In this document: positions 26,901 through 36,799 of the stretch, in pieces
Position numbering within the stretch: position 1 is the stretch's first letter
How the letters are laid out: every line of letters begins with the position of its first letter
Assembly: GCA_047967505.1 (NCBI GenBank)
Contig: CM106538.1
Source: Dipteris shenzhenensis
Lineage: Eukaryota
DNA length: 64,000 nt
Strand: one strand, 5' to 3'
Made by a program: the position numbers and the translations under genes
Notes under the pieces: model-generated
What the model was told of the DNA's origin: nothing
What the model saw: only the letters and a program-made list of their open reading frames with translations
The model's database searches: none

Positions 26901-29900
26901 AAACTGGACAAATCCCAAGAATGATCGCAACGCGGTCAGACTCTGAGGGATTGGCCAAGTCAGTATCGCAGCCACTTTCTTCGGATCCATTTCTACCCCC
27001 TGTGGAGTAATTATGAATCCTAAGTACTCAAGCCTAACCATACACAGTATAGTTTTCTTTTTATTCACGTAAAGACTGGCTTTCCTCAAAGTACTGAACA
27101 CTATCCTTAAGTGTTCATAATGCTCAGTAACACTTTTACTGGATATCAAGATATCGTCAATAAAATGTACTACGAACTTTCCGATATACGGTCGTAGTAA
27201 GTCGTTCATAAGCATGACGAAGGTCGCTGGAGCATTGGTAAGGCCGAAGGGCATTACCAAAAACTCATAATGACCAAACCTACTTCTAAAAGCGGTTTTA
27301 TGCACATCCTCGGCTCTAATCCGGATCTGATGATAGCCGCACTTGAGATCTATCTTGCTGAAAATCACGGCTCCATGTAATGCATCTAGCAAATCATCAA
27401 TCCGAGCCATCGGATACCTGTGCTTAACAGTGATATTATTCAATGCTCTGTAATCTATACAGAGGCGAAACGTATCATCCTTTTTCCTCTTTAATATCAC
27501 TGGCGAAGCAAATGGTGAGAAACTTGGTTGAATCTGCCCCAACTTGAGGTATTCTTCCAGTTGCCTACGCACCTCCGCTTCTTCAGTAAAACTCATTCTA
27601 TAGGGAGGTCTATTTATAGGTTCTGCCCCCGGGATCAGTTCAATCTTATGCTGAACTTTCCGCTCTGGAGGTAACCCATAAGGTAGTTCATCCCTAAAGC
27701 ATTCAGAGAACTCCTCTGTTATAAGATTAGCCAGCTTGGCCATCTCATCACTTTGCGTAACATCAGTGCTAGTCGAAGAATCATTCACCGACTCTACCGA
27801 TGCGGTGCAAAGGTACAAAAACTCCACTTGAGCCTTCCTGATTTCCATCACGGAAACCAACGGTCCCTGAGGTATATCTTTTTCACCTCGCAAGACATAA
27901 AGCACATCATTCATCTTGAATTGATATACGTGCTTTTTCCAATCAATGGCTGGATTCTTCCTAGAATGCCACGCCATTCCCAGGGCTATATCCGCATGAG
28001 CAAGCTTGGTCATTTCAAAATCAAGCTTCTCAGTATAGTCCTGAATCCGAAGCTCCAACTGGGTAACCCTTTGGTCCCATACTTCAGTTGGACTTCCATC
28101 TGCCATCCTGACTGTATACGCATAGTCAGATGGACTTGTCTTTAGTTTCAGCCTCTTCACGAGCTTGGAGTTAATCACATTGTGAGTTGACGCTGAGTCA
28201 AACAACACAATGACATCATGACTGGCCACTTGCCCTTTCATCTTGATCAACTCCGTATCATTGAAGGCTGTATACCCCGTTGCTGCGGGCTTAGATAGGA
28301 TGTTATCAGGTGCACTCGTCACTAACTTAGTAACAGACACACATAACAAACAAGGTACTAACCTCTGAGAAGATCCCGCTAGCTGAATCTGCATCTCTTC
28401 CGCTCTGGGACTTCCCTGCATCTCCACGTCGCACTCTGAGATCACCATCTCAGCCATCCGACGATCTTTATTACGTGGACAATCCTTCCACTGATGAGGT
28501 TGAAGGCAACCAAAGCATAAGCCTTCCCTCCTCGCTTTTTCCCTTTGTTCTGGGTTCAAGGGAGACTTAGACCAAGCCCGGGCTGCCATTGGAGTTACTT
28601 TTCTCTTCACTCCAATGGTGGTACTTGGTTTAGGAGTTTCAGCCGGTCTCGCCTGCTTGGCTTGACCACTCGGCTGCGAACCACTCCCTTTACTAGTCCA
28701 CTTCTTCTTAAACCCAGATTTCTTCGGATACCCATACTGGGTTCCGACCTGTGCAAACCCACTTGGCTTGCTGCCCTTGGCATCCTCGTAGTTCAAGGCT
28801 ATAGCTATTGCATCATCTAGCGTGTTCGCGTACTTAGCCCGAACTTCCATTTTTATTCGGTCATTCAATCCAAATATGAAATCTTTCACTTGGATTGATT
28901 GAGGCAGGGGTTCATCAACCTTCATTACACTCTCTCGAAACTTATCAGTGTATTCTGCCACTGATAAATTTCTCTGACGCAGGTTCCTATATTGATCCCA
29001 AGCTCGGGATGCCTCGTCAGGAGGTAAGAAGTGTTTCCTGAACTCTCTTTTAAACCCCTCCCAAGTAGTGGATGCTATGCCATCCTTTTGTTGTTTAATC
29101 CACCACCGATCCGCTGCCTCACTAAACATGTGGGTGGCCTCGCGGATCTTTTTGATGTCATTTCTGATCTCACAAATGGCGAACGCCTCGTCCCATTTGT
29201 GTAGCCAGGTCTCAATGACATCGGAGCTACGGTCGTTCATCCGACCAGAATACTTTTCCGGTCTGTAATTGGCAATAATAGGCACTTTAGCCTTCCTAGG
29301 CTCGACCGTATGGACACTAGACTCCGGTTCCATTGGAGCCTTTCCCTTCTCCTCTCGAGAAGGTCTGGCAGACATACTATGTATCGCTCTCCTAAGCTCG
29401 GACTGCCCTGCATTGGCTTGTAATTGCTGCGCTAACAACTGTTGCAAGGCATCTTCCAGCAATGCAATTCTGCCAGATAAAGTGTGAGCTACTGGGCGCG
29501 ATCCCTGCTGGGTCGGCCGGACTCCTGATTCACCAGGGTCCCTCCTGGAAGCCCCTTCTTCTGCTTCCATTTAGTTCAATAGATGTTTTGTTTTGGGGTT
29601 TTTTTTTTTTTTTAAAAAAACACCCCTAGAACACTGTAATCACAAGCTGACACAATTCAGGGTACTGACACTCTGAACACAATTCCCTATACTAGGGAAT
29701 TCCTGCAATCTCTTATGCACACTGACTAGGCATTTGATACATGCATAACCCAAATAGCGCTTTTCCCTATACTAGGGAATTTTCTGCAAACTGACTCTGA
29801 TCGGAGCACACATGCATACACACAAGTATAGTAACCGCAAACTCCTCTATACTAAAACAACAAACTGTATAACCAAACTGAAATTTTATAGTGAAGGAAA

Positions 29901-32900
29901 ATTCGATGCTCCCTGGAAGCTCCACGCAATCCGAGTCCCCAAAGACTGTAGCCTCCACGTATGATCTGCTTGCACTGATATAACCTTCTTTTTTTTTTTT
30001 TTTTTTTTTTTTCCTGTTTGGAATGTGTCGCAGCCTGAGAGAAACCTGCGTGATCTTTGACGAAACCAATCGGTTATCTGTCAACCTACCATCTACCTTG
30101 GCTAGCCTTACACTCAATCTGGGTTCCCAAGGTTTGCTGGATCGTCACAGCTACGAGCAGATTGCTGGTGTCGCAGATTGCTGCACCCACGCGTGCTACC
30201 GAAGCAGACCCCGGCTAGCCAGCATCACTGTGTCACTTCGAGGACCTTGGCGATTTCCCACTGTCCGTCGTCAATCGTATGCACGTATGGAACCTTCGTT
30301 CAATTAATCCAGCGCCCACGGTGCGTAGGTCAATCGTCCGTCAACGCCTGTCGTCGCTGTCCTACGGTACCTCCAACTCCAACCACGAGTAATCAACACC
30401 CCTCTCTTACGGGAGCGCCATCCAACACGGACCACATCGACCCTTCGTTGCGGAGGCTCTTTGCGATCAGTGCGTCACCTACGCCAACTGTCGCAGCAGA
30501 ACGTCCATCGAAGAAGCCCGTCACGTATAGCCTTTTTTCACCACCAGCGATCGTCGACAGGCCTTCCTACGGCCCCTGCTCCGTCACCACGCTTCAGCCC
30601 GTTAAGTTGCGCTGCCCACAGGTCTTACACTCCATACCTTAAGCTCTGATACCAAATGTAACCTGACGTCTCTATTCTCGCTTCTATTTACTGATCACGG
30701 GAGTAGCACCATGTCTATCCACCCAGCCAATTCTACCAAGGCTACCCAGCTTGGGAGAGAGAGAGAGCTGTATCAATATCACGTAAAAATCACGATTCTT
30801 CATTCTCTATCAAGCCTTGACAGACCCCAATTCCCTAGATAGATCTAGATGCCACATGTCATCCATATAGGGCCTTTCTAATGCAACATTTCACCCCTCT
30901 CTTGGGATGCATTTAATTCCTTGCCCCTAGGCACATTCTTTGCACTAGGCCCCTGGTCTCAGATCTATCTAGTCTGGTGCTATCAGCCCTCACCTAGGAC
31001 CTTGACATTAATCCCTCACGATCATTTACATAAAGCGCAAACACATATATTACAAAGATAGATCCTATAAGGGAAATGTCGACTGATTCTTCCAAGGTCA
31101 TGCTACCTCGGCTAGAGCGTAACAGTTCAGCAGGGTGCTAGGATGACTAGTTAGTTCTTTCAGACGATTGGCCCCCAATTAGCAAGGACAGAGCTTCAAT
31201 GGCTTGAGATGCGAGTGGTTAGGTGCACTCAGTCTTGTAGTTGATCTTAGAGATGACCATAGACTTCTATCAGTAGCTGCTCCAGTGCAAAGAGGAGTCC
31301 CGCTAGGCTCTTGTAGCCTGGGAGGCGGTCTAGAGCCAATCCCGACGGTGGTCTTCCCGACTATGAGCATGAAAATGGAGGTGCCTTCACTAATGAGGAG
31401 CGTTTGGAGGCCCTCAAGGCCTTCCCTCCTCAGAAGTACTCTTGGAAGGATGGATTGACACTATCCTTCTTTAGGTGCTTCTGGGGGCTCCACCCCACCT
31501 CGGTTGGCTTTCCAACAGATTTTTGGCTCCAGGTCCCTCCCATAGTCCTTGAGTCGATGGTGGATTTGTATGATCCCGCAGGGGGGGGGGGATATGTTTG
31601 ACATCCTTTAGTGGAGACCCATTACTACACCACTTACAAGATCTTAGCCAAGGTCTTGAGCTTGCAGTTGCGTCCCCACCTTGCTGACATCGTCCACGAC
31701 ATGCAGATATGTTTTATCTATGAATGTAGCATCTTGGACAAAGTACACCAACCGAGGAGGTGTGGAGGTTAGGAGGTGGGGAGGGTTAAGCTTCCGTAGA
31801 AGCTTCCTAGTTGCTTCTTGGAGAAGCCAAAGCTTCAGCCCCATTCTATGTGGCACACTAACACAATGCACCGTAGCAGAGTGCACCAAACATTGCACTA
31901 GATGCCATACTTGCATGTGATTGGCTGCCCTTAGAGTAAGTGAGATGGTGAGTGAATGTCTGTGTGACATGTGCCAAGGCCATAGAATGATGTCAGGTTG
32001 CAACCATCCCCTTCTATGATGGATGTATGCTGGGGCTTGCCACATCATGTGGCCCCTTAAATATCCCAAACCCTTGTCCCTAACAACACGTTACCTTGGG
32101 ACCTAAGGTCTACATACCACTCCTTTTGACCTTTTATTAATCCTAACCTAAAAATTACCCTAAGGGTAATTTAGTGAACTAAGTCCATAGGTCATCACTT
32201 TTTCGCACATACCTCGGCCCTAAACAGGGTAGAGAACGCTTTTTTAGGTTGATTGACTTTGATGTAGCTTTACATTCAGGTCTTGATTTTGTCATGCCTA
32301 TTGCTTCAAATTTTTATGCCTCACCTTCTTACTTAAACCCTGGCACTCCTGCTAGAGATGATGCCAGGGAGAGAGTTTGGCATATTATTCCAAGTTTTGT
32401 AAGACGGGATATCAGGGTTTTACTTCATGCAGTTTTCACTAGTCTAGCATTTAGGATTGCTCTTTTGGGCCTTCATAAGGGCAAATGTTTCTGGTTTGGA
32501 TGGCATCCCTCTCTTTCTTCATTACTTTTTGGGACATGATTGGTGGTCATATTACCTCAGCTTTGCGACTCTAGTGCTATGCTTGATTCAATTACAAAGG
32601 GTCTCATTCATCTTATCCCAAGGGAAAGAAAGGGGGTGGTTTGCAGAAATTTCGTTACCGAATGGAACCCATCACTCTCCTTGGCAAAGGCAATCAGCTT
32701 GTGAGATCTTATTCATGATATACATATTGGTTTGTGCATGGCTAGAGCATTTTTGATAATGTATTTTCCTTTGGGAGGATTCGTATCCATGGCAACCAAC
32801 GTTTGGTCATTCTACTCTTGGATTTGAGAGAATCTTATGATAGAGTAGATTGGGGTTTCTTGGAGGGTACTTGCTGCATTTGTTTTTTCAGATGCTTGGA

Positions 32901-35900
32901 TCAGAGGGATTTCCACCTTGTACAGAGCAGCCCTATCTTTTCGAGATCTCAGGCATATATTTTTGGGCTGAGACTTCCTCTCAGGTAGGATGAGGAGCTT
33001 GTGGCTAGTGAGCTTGCAGATGACATTGCTTGTTTTTTGGATGCCACTGCCGAGACTCTCACCTCCTTCAGGACAACCTTGGATTTATTTTGTACAGTAG
33101 GTGCACATATCAATTGAAATAAGTCTAATGGCTTTGGATTGGCGAGGATGATACCGGGGCTGATTTTAGTTTCACTTGATTCAAAGGATCTCCGTTGGTT
33201 ATTGGGTTGTCAAGTTAGTATGGGCATCTCTTTCTTGTAGCAGCTGGCTCTTGTGTTGGGGAGCATTAGGACAGAATTCCTCTTATTGAGTTCAACTAAA
33301 CTCGTAGTTATCAACTAGACCACAACTTAGTGGGTTTGTTCTTGTTGGTGCCACTATAGGGACTACATCACTCATATTAAAAGGCCAATCACGATTTTCT
33401 TATGGGGTGGACTTGATGGATCAACAGATGCCACAGCTAGGGTAGCTTGGTAGACTTTCATTCTCGCAATGTAGGAAGGGGGCGTTAATATAATTGATCT
33501 AGGTTTGCCATGTAGGGCTTTGCTTTGCAAGGTCGTGATAAGGGGACTTAATGCCAGGACAAGAGCCTTGGAGAGATTTTTATGTATCGGCCCTTGTATC
33601 CCCTTAGGTGGTGATTGGATGGACAACACTAGGCGGATCTTTATTTTGGCACACCTTAGGATGCCTTCCTCCCTTCTTGGTATGGTTGCCATTTTGAAAG
33701 CTAGGACAGCTTCAGAAATTCTCTTCGAAGGATCCCTTCTTCCTCACAAACAGAGATTACTAGGCAGCTTGTCATGTGGAATGAGTTGATTCTTGACGAT
33801 TATGGTAGACACATAGGTGTTTCTAGTGATAGGTATTGGTCTTGGTGGGAGAGAGGCCACGCTTTTGTTGTGGGCCCTTGAAAGGGTTTTAAAAACCCTC
33901 GATAAGAATGCAGGTTTCAGATGCTTAGTCACCGTGCAGAGGAAGTGGAACAAGAACTGAGCAGATTAATGCACCCTTACCCATGAACTGGGTCCTTACA
34001 GACGAGAGATGCCACGATCACATTAGATGGATGGGAGCTTTTTCGAGGACTCAATGACAATAATACTGTTGCCACTCAGGTTTCTCATTGCTGTTCTTCT
34101 TGTTGGTTACTTTCTTCTTGCAATACTTAGCGTAGTGCCTGTTCAGTTGCAGTAGAAGCACATGACCTTCTTCTCCTTTGAATTTGAAGAACCACCTTCT
34201 AGCTAGCCTGTCTTTCTTGGAGCTGATGGATTTTCTTTGCATTGCCCTTTCCTTGGGCATTGAGAGCCTTGTCAGCGTTTGTGCCATCATACATCTTCAT
34301 CAGAAGCTCTCCCTCAAGGATCATGGCCTTGAGCTCCTTAAACGTGTTTGGGTTTCTCTTCTAACTTGTAGTCAATACTGTGACAAAGCCTATGTAGCTC
34401 CGAGGTAGCTTACTCAGTACAAGCCTTGCCAAGTTCTTGGTATCCAGACCATCGAGGCTAATTAGTCTTGAACCACCTCTTTGACCTCTTCACCCTTTGC
34501 CAACTTTTGTGCATAGAGTTGGTTTTGAGGTCCAAGATCCTCCTCGAGTTGTCAATCTCGTATTGATTCTTCAGTATGTTGAATGGATGGAGATGATCTG
34601 GACAGCCATATGCTGTCTTCCACATGCAGCCCTCTCATCCTGATGATGGAGTGGCTGCTCAATGATGCACATGCATCTCATGTTCACCTAGAGTGTCTTG
34701 CTCATGGCTTTTCCTCATTTCATGGCCTTATTGGCGAGCAACTAAGCTGTGGTGAAGTCCAATAGATAGTGGAGAATTGAACTCTAACAACCTTTAGGGA
34801 CTAATGTTTCTCGTCGAGTTGTGACCCTCATTCCATCGAATGTGCACCATTCGACTTGATCGAGTCTGGCTTAGACGAGACACCCAGCTGCTCAATGATT
34901 GATTTAGTCCACTGAGTCTTCATCGTCTGTGTGGAGACAGGACTATGCCTAGCAGCTTGAGCACTCTCTTTCACATCCCTAGCTCTCAGCTGCACAAATG
35001 TTGCTTGCGGTAACTACAAGTTGTGAAATCCCTTTGGTGCAATAGTTCAATGCAAAGATTAGCTAGAGCTTGCTGCCTTAGACTTTACTCTCAGGAACCA
35101 CAGCTCTTGCCAAGTATCAAGAATTAGAGCTCAAAACTGTTTGTTGCGCCAAGGCCAGTTCCAGAGTGGAGGTCACTGTAGGGTTATTCATTACATGAAA
35201 GAAGATAAGCTAAGTCCCCGTATGGTGCCTTAAGGCCATCAAACCACTGTTTGTGCCACAATATGTGGACCCAGCCCAGCTTTTTAGAAGATCAGGGGCT
35301 GTTGCCCTATTTTCTTTGTTAAATTTTCTCTGCTAGGGTGAATCTGAGCTGTGAATCTGGATGAATCCTGCAAAAACCTTGACCTTGACATGGTGATTGA
35401 AGCTAACTTGTATATATTTTGTATCACGATACACCAATAAATTATATTATATAGGATTGATATGCAGACTGTGGGGCCTGGGGGTTTGTCAGGAAAAATA
35501 TCTTACAGCACAGGATAAAAAAGGCATGAGCCGTTTTGCAGTAATAGTCTCAGGGGTTGAAATTTCTTGTAACTGCCAGGACACCACAGATATTTATTTT
35601 ATGTTACTGCATTGCTAGGGCAGTTGTAGCCAGGTTTTGTGTATACTATCAAATGTGTGTAATGACAGCAGTTGTTAAGGAAGCGCACGTAAATGGAAGT
35701 GCGAGCTTGTCATTCTGTGTACCTTGGGCCAATCTTGTTTGTATTCTGTTTCTTCATGTATACTTGAACCTCAAGGTTATGCTTGTTTCATTGGAAGATG
35801 ATGTCCTGATCACATTTTAGCATGCCTATGAAGACAAATATCTTCCTCTTGTTCAGGAATGAAAGGCCATTCAAAAGTCCAATTGTCAACTAATTACTAT

Positions 35901-36144
35901 TATATTTGCTGAGATGCAGGTTGAGAAATATGTGAAAGAGCATATCAGGCCTCTTCATAAAAGTCATGTTATAACAACAGAACAATATCGGTGGGCAGTG
36001 ACTAAGACAACCAACAAAGTAATGCAACATCACACACAAGCAAGGTCTGCACATTTTCTCATTCGTGAAGGTGAGAAGGTGAAAAGGCTTGCTGAGCAGT
36101 ACCTTGAGTCCTTCAAGCAGGAAAAGGCTCAACTTAAAGCTTAG
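8854..36144 (+). CDS. At4g10930-like: Host gene (5'-partial): At4g10930-like PHD zinc-finger protein with PHRF1/SCAF11-like C-terminal domain; join(8854..8942,9103..9172,9330..9442,9676..9741,14418..15239,15826..17023,17219..17293,17434..18489,35920..36144)
   Basis: Exons sum to 3714 nt (1237 aa plus stop) with consistent phases and AG acceptors; donors are GT except one GC. Motifs recalled from plant At4g10930 homologues: [91 protein letters not shown]...[13 protein letters not shown]...[16 protein letters not shown]. The family assignment is from memory, not a database search. Confidence 0.85.
9103..9172 (+). CDS. Host gene exon ([23 protein letters not shown])
   Basis: cag| acceptor, |gtatgg donor; conserved LSFPSY.IDE motif. 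Confidence 0.85.
9330..9442 (+). CDS. Host gene exon, first part of the PHD finger ([10 protein letters not shown]...[11 protein letters not shown])
   Basis: Polypyrimidine tract plus gtag| acceptor, TG|gtgc donor; Cys pattern. Confidence 0.9.
9676..9741 (+). CDS. Host gene exon, second part of the PHD finger ([21 protein letters not shown])
   Basis: tacag| acceptor, AG|gttt donor; PHD H-x2-C and WLCP motifs. Confidence 0.9.
10315..10709 (+). mobile_element. LTR (~10315-10696) plus tRNA-iMet PBS of an old LTR retrotransposon in the host intron
   Basis: TGTGAC...TTACA with CTATATAAG TATA at ~10566; followed by TGGTATCAGAGC at 10698-10709. Confidence 0.7.
11300..12520 (-). mobile_element. L1-type LINE 5' end: ORF1 (DUF4283-like, start of zinc knuckle) and pyrimidine-rich 5' region, frameshifted
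   Basis: [16 protein letters not shown]...LVPW...YFPRLP...IGQAFGTVL...[16 protein letters not shown] (11485-11967) follows the plant LINE ORF1 pattern. Confidence 0.75.
13600..13990 (+). mobile_element. Degenerate retrotransposon gag fragment, probably belonging to the LTR at 10315
   Basis: KAYKWW...PGTW....FLKEFL and [14 protein letters not shown] (CX2CX4HX4C) knuckle. Confidence 0.65.
14418..15239 (+). CDS. Host gene exon (last PHD Cys, [11 protein letters not shown], Ser/Glu-rich region)
   Basis: gatgcag| acceptor, GACAG|gtataa donor; overlaps ORF 14437-15285. Confidence 0.85.
15826..17023 (+). CDS. Host gene exon ([44 protein letters not shown])
   Basis: tgcag| acceptor, TTG|gtgagt donor; long ORF 15767-17047. 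Confidence 0.9.
17219..17293 (+). CDS. Host gene exon ([25 protein letters not shown])
   Basis: tttcag| acceptor, CAG|gtact donor; 25 codons; conserved motif. Confidence 0.88.
17434..18489 (+). CDS. Host gene exon ([16 protein letters not shown]...MEAIWKQ), probable GC donor
   Basis: cttcag| acceptor; CAG|gcaagt donor (an in-phase GT alternative exists at 18508); within ORF 17344-18672. Confidence 0.82.
18900..19549 (-). repeat. LTR-like fragment with internal sub-repeats, same family as 36800-37767
   Basis: Shared motif CCTCAT.TG.GGGCTCACA..TGGGGAGGTGA.C; ends ...CCCAACA (TGTTGG on the minus strand). Left edge approximate. Confidence 0.4.
19550..19950 (+). mobile_element. Ty1/copia RT-RNase H pseudogene fragment
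   Basis: [30 protein letters not shown] and GYTFSL...WVSKKQ...TKAEYMAA are copia motifs. Confidence 0.8.
20500..23050 (+). mobile_element. Degenerate non-LTR retrotransposon (RTE-like) endonuclease plus RT
   Basis: DFNAR (~21105), VVDYL (~21360), [23 protein letters not shown] (22141-22210), [28 protein letters not shown]. Ends approximate. Confidence 0.75.
23500..23920 (+). mobile_element. L1-type LINE endonuclease fragment
   Basis: IGVLNVY....RPSLW....L.DVNFWIV...EEDKQGG...DRLY pattern of plant L1 APE domains. Confidence 0.6.
24387..24854 (-). repeat. 3' LTR of chromovirus copy 2
   Basis: Adjacent to the PPT (TTCCTTCCCTCT at 24855-24866 on +); identical to 30657-31124 except at 24766. 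Confidence 0.97.
24867..29570 (-). CDS. gag-pol: Gag-pol polyprotein, 1567 aa (capsid, zinc knuckle, protease, RT, RNase H, integrase, chromodomain)
   Basis: Single [29 protein letters not shown]. RNase H: TDAS, VADALSR. Integrase: H-H-C-C, SMDF, VSDRD, DGQTE. Chromodomain: PTRILDR...VLVAW....EATWE....FPDF. Confidence 0.97.
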   Translation of the reverse strand: MEAEEGASRRDPGESGVRPTQQGSRPVAHTLSGRIALLEDALQQLLAQQLQANAGQSELRRAIHSMSARPSREEKGKAPMEPESSVHTVEPRKAKVPIIANYRPEKYSGRMNDRSSDVIETWLHKWDEAFAICEIRNDIKKIREATHMFSEAADRWWIKQQKDGIASTTWEGFKREFRKHFLPPDEASRAWDQYRNLRQRNLSVAEYTDKFRESVMKVDEPLPQSIQVKDFIFGLNDRIKMEVRAKYANTLDDAIAIALNYEDAKGSKPSGFAQVGTQYGYPKKSGFKKKWTSKGSGSQPSGQAKQARPAETPKPSTTIGVKRKVTPMAARAWSKSPLNPEQREKARREGLCFGCLQPHQWKDCPRNKDRRMAEMVISECDVEMQGSPRAEEMQIQLAGSSQRLVPCLLCVSVTKLVTSAPDNILSKPAATGYTAFNDTELIKMKGQVASHDVIVLFDSASTHNVINSKLVKRLKLKTSPSDYAYTVRMADGSPTEVWDQRVTQLELRIQDYTEKLDFEMTKLAHADIALGMAWHSRKNPAIDWKKHVYQFKMNDVLYVLRGEKDIPQGPLVSVMEIRKAQVEFLYLCTASVESVNDSSTSTDVTQSDEMAKLANLITEEFSECFRDELPYGLPPERKVQHKIELIPGAEPINRPPYRMSFTEEAEVRRQLEEYLKLGQIQPSFSPFASPVILKRKKDDTFRLCIDYRALNNITVKHRYPMARIDDLLDALHGAVIFSKIDLKCGYHQIRIRAEDVHKTAFRSRFGHYEFLVMPFGLTNAPATFVMLMNDLLRPYIGKFVVHFIDDILISSKSVTEHYEHLRIVFSTLRKASLYVNKKKTILCMVRLEYLGFIITPQGVEMDPKKVAAILTWPIPQSLTALRSFLGFVQFYRRHIKGYSGIVSPLTDLTSDKVPFIWGQNQQESFNTIKQAVVSGPVLKIVDPQKPLFLETDASGIAVGAVLLQEGRPVAFESKKLSPSQRNWPTHELELYAVIHALKTWRHYLYGSEFYVDVDHDTLKHFCKQPDLRGRQARWAELMQEFNLTIRYRRGKDNKVADALSRIMHNLSFTVLESALMTEIRETQKVDEFVQSLWPKAHVLKPGESEKDDLASRKGQTYARYTIRDGMLVRNGKVVVPGQNDLKQRVIRQCHDSPCAGHPGVEKTYDLVKRDFFWPKMKKHIHEYVTRCFSCQVSKAERVKPPGLLQPLEIPLSKWESISMDFIVGLPATQGGYNSILVVVDRLTKMAHFIPTRESISAPQVAELFIRHIFRLHGLPRSIVSDRDVRFTGHFWTAVFETLRTELGMSSGDHPETDGQTERVNQTLEDMLRAYVSLRQHTWDKWLPLLEFAYNDRKHSSTGFSPFELNYGYRPANPTIVGVPQKVPSAANFVVQMREMLALARANIRQAMDRAKVYADENRSIRVFEEGEKVFLRIPSHSKSLTSGECAKLSPRYCGPWLILKRIGSVAYKLELPQGCKVHPVFHVSRLKKFLHTGDSLIEGVVLFQEIEDIARRKPTRILDRGTMQIRNRKIPTVLVAWHGQPLSEATWESVYQLRRVFPDFIIEDADV
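30643..30654 (-). other. Primer-binding site (tRNA-iMet) of copy 2
   Basis: Minus strand reads TGGTATCAGAGC, 2 nt after the 5' LTR end. Confidence 0.93.
30657..31124 (-). repeat. 5' LTR of chromovirus copy 2
   Basis: 468 bp, adjacent to the PBS, followed by the TSD GTTCA. Confidence 0.97.
32250..33950 (+). mobile_element. Degenerate L1-type LINE ORF2 (RT and downstream region)
   Basis: [42 protein letters not shown]...ARVAW......EGGVNIID. Confidence 0.75.
35920..36144 (+). CDS. Host gene terminal exon, conserved C-terminal domain
   Basis: atgcag| acceptor; [38 protein letters not shown]...[13 protein letters not shown]; stop TAG at 36142-36144. Confidence 0.92.
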   Translation, partial: VEKYVKEHIRPLHKSHVITTEQYRWAVTKTTNKVMQHHTQARSAHFLIREGEKVKRLAEQYLESFKQEKAQLKA

Positions 36145-36214
36145 GTTCTAATTATAATCTTGTAAATCTATGTGGAATTTAATTGCTAAGTCCATTTGCA
36201 TTGACTACATTGTC

Positions 36215-36336
36215 ACGCTGCTGTACTGAAGGAAAAATTTGTTCTAGAGCTACATTGCAAAGTGAAACAGACTATACGCTGCTGTTCTGAAGGAAAAAAT
36301 TGTTCTAGAGCTACATTGCAAAGTGAAACAGACTAT
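36215..36336 (+). repeat. 61-bp tandem duplication in the presumed 3' UTR
   Basis: ACGCTGCTGT.CTGAAGGAAAAA.TTGTTCTAGAGCTACATTGCAAAGTGAAACAGACTAT twice, 2 mismatches. Confidence 0.9.
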
Positions 36337-36799
36337 GCCATATTGTAAATTCTAAGAAACTGATGATGCCTTGTATTACCAAGAATCCGGTTCTGCAGAT
36401 TTGAAACATGCTTCCAACTTTCTACGTAATGAGGTTGAGGTTTTTTAGCAAACATGCTAAAGTGTTGGAAATATGTCTTTCTACAAGCTTGTGGTTAATT
36501 GAGATTTAATAACTACATGTGATTAGCTCTGCTGTAGCCTTAGACATGGCTGAGTTTGCTGTTTGCTTCTGGAGAAATGATAGAAAAACAGGATGCTGGT
36601 CTGTATGTCATTGTGTGACTACCAACACTGCTTGCAGCAGAATAATATGTAAACGTATGCATGGAAAACACACAATGCTAACTCAAATCTCACTTTTATT
36701 CTTAATGTGCACGCAATTGCATAGAGAGATGCAGACAGTTATTGAACTATGCTCATGGGAATAGAAACAGTAATTATATATTGTTTAAGGACGGACAAA

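Larger units (their letters stand above)
24387..31124 (-). mobile_element. Intact full-length Ty3/gypsy chromovirus copy 2 (6738 bp)
   Basis: Two 468-bp LTRs (TG...CA) with 1 mismatch; 5-bp TSD GTTCA at 24382-24386 and 31125-31129; iMet PBS; PPT; uninterrupted gag-pol. Confidence 0.98.
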
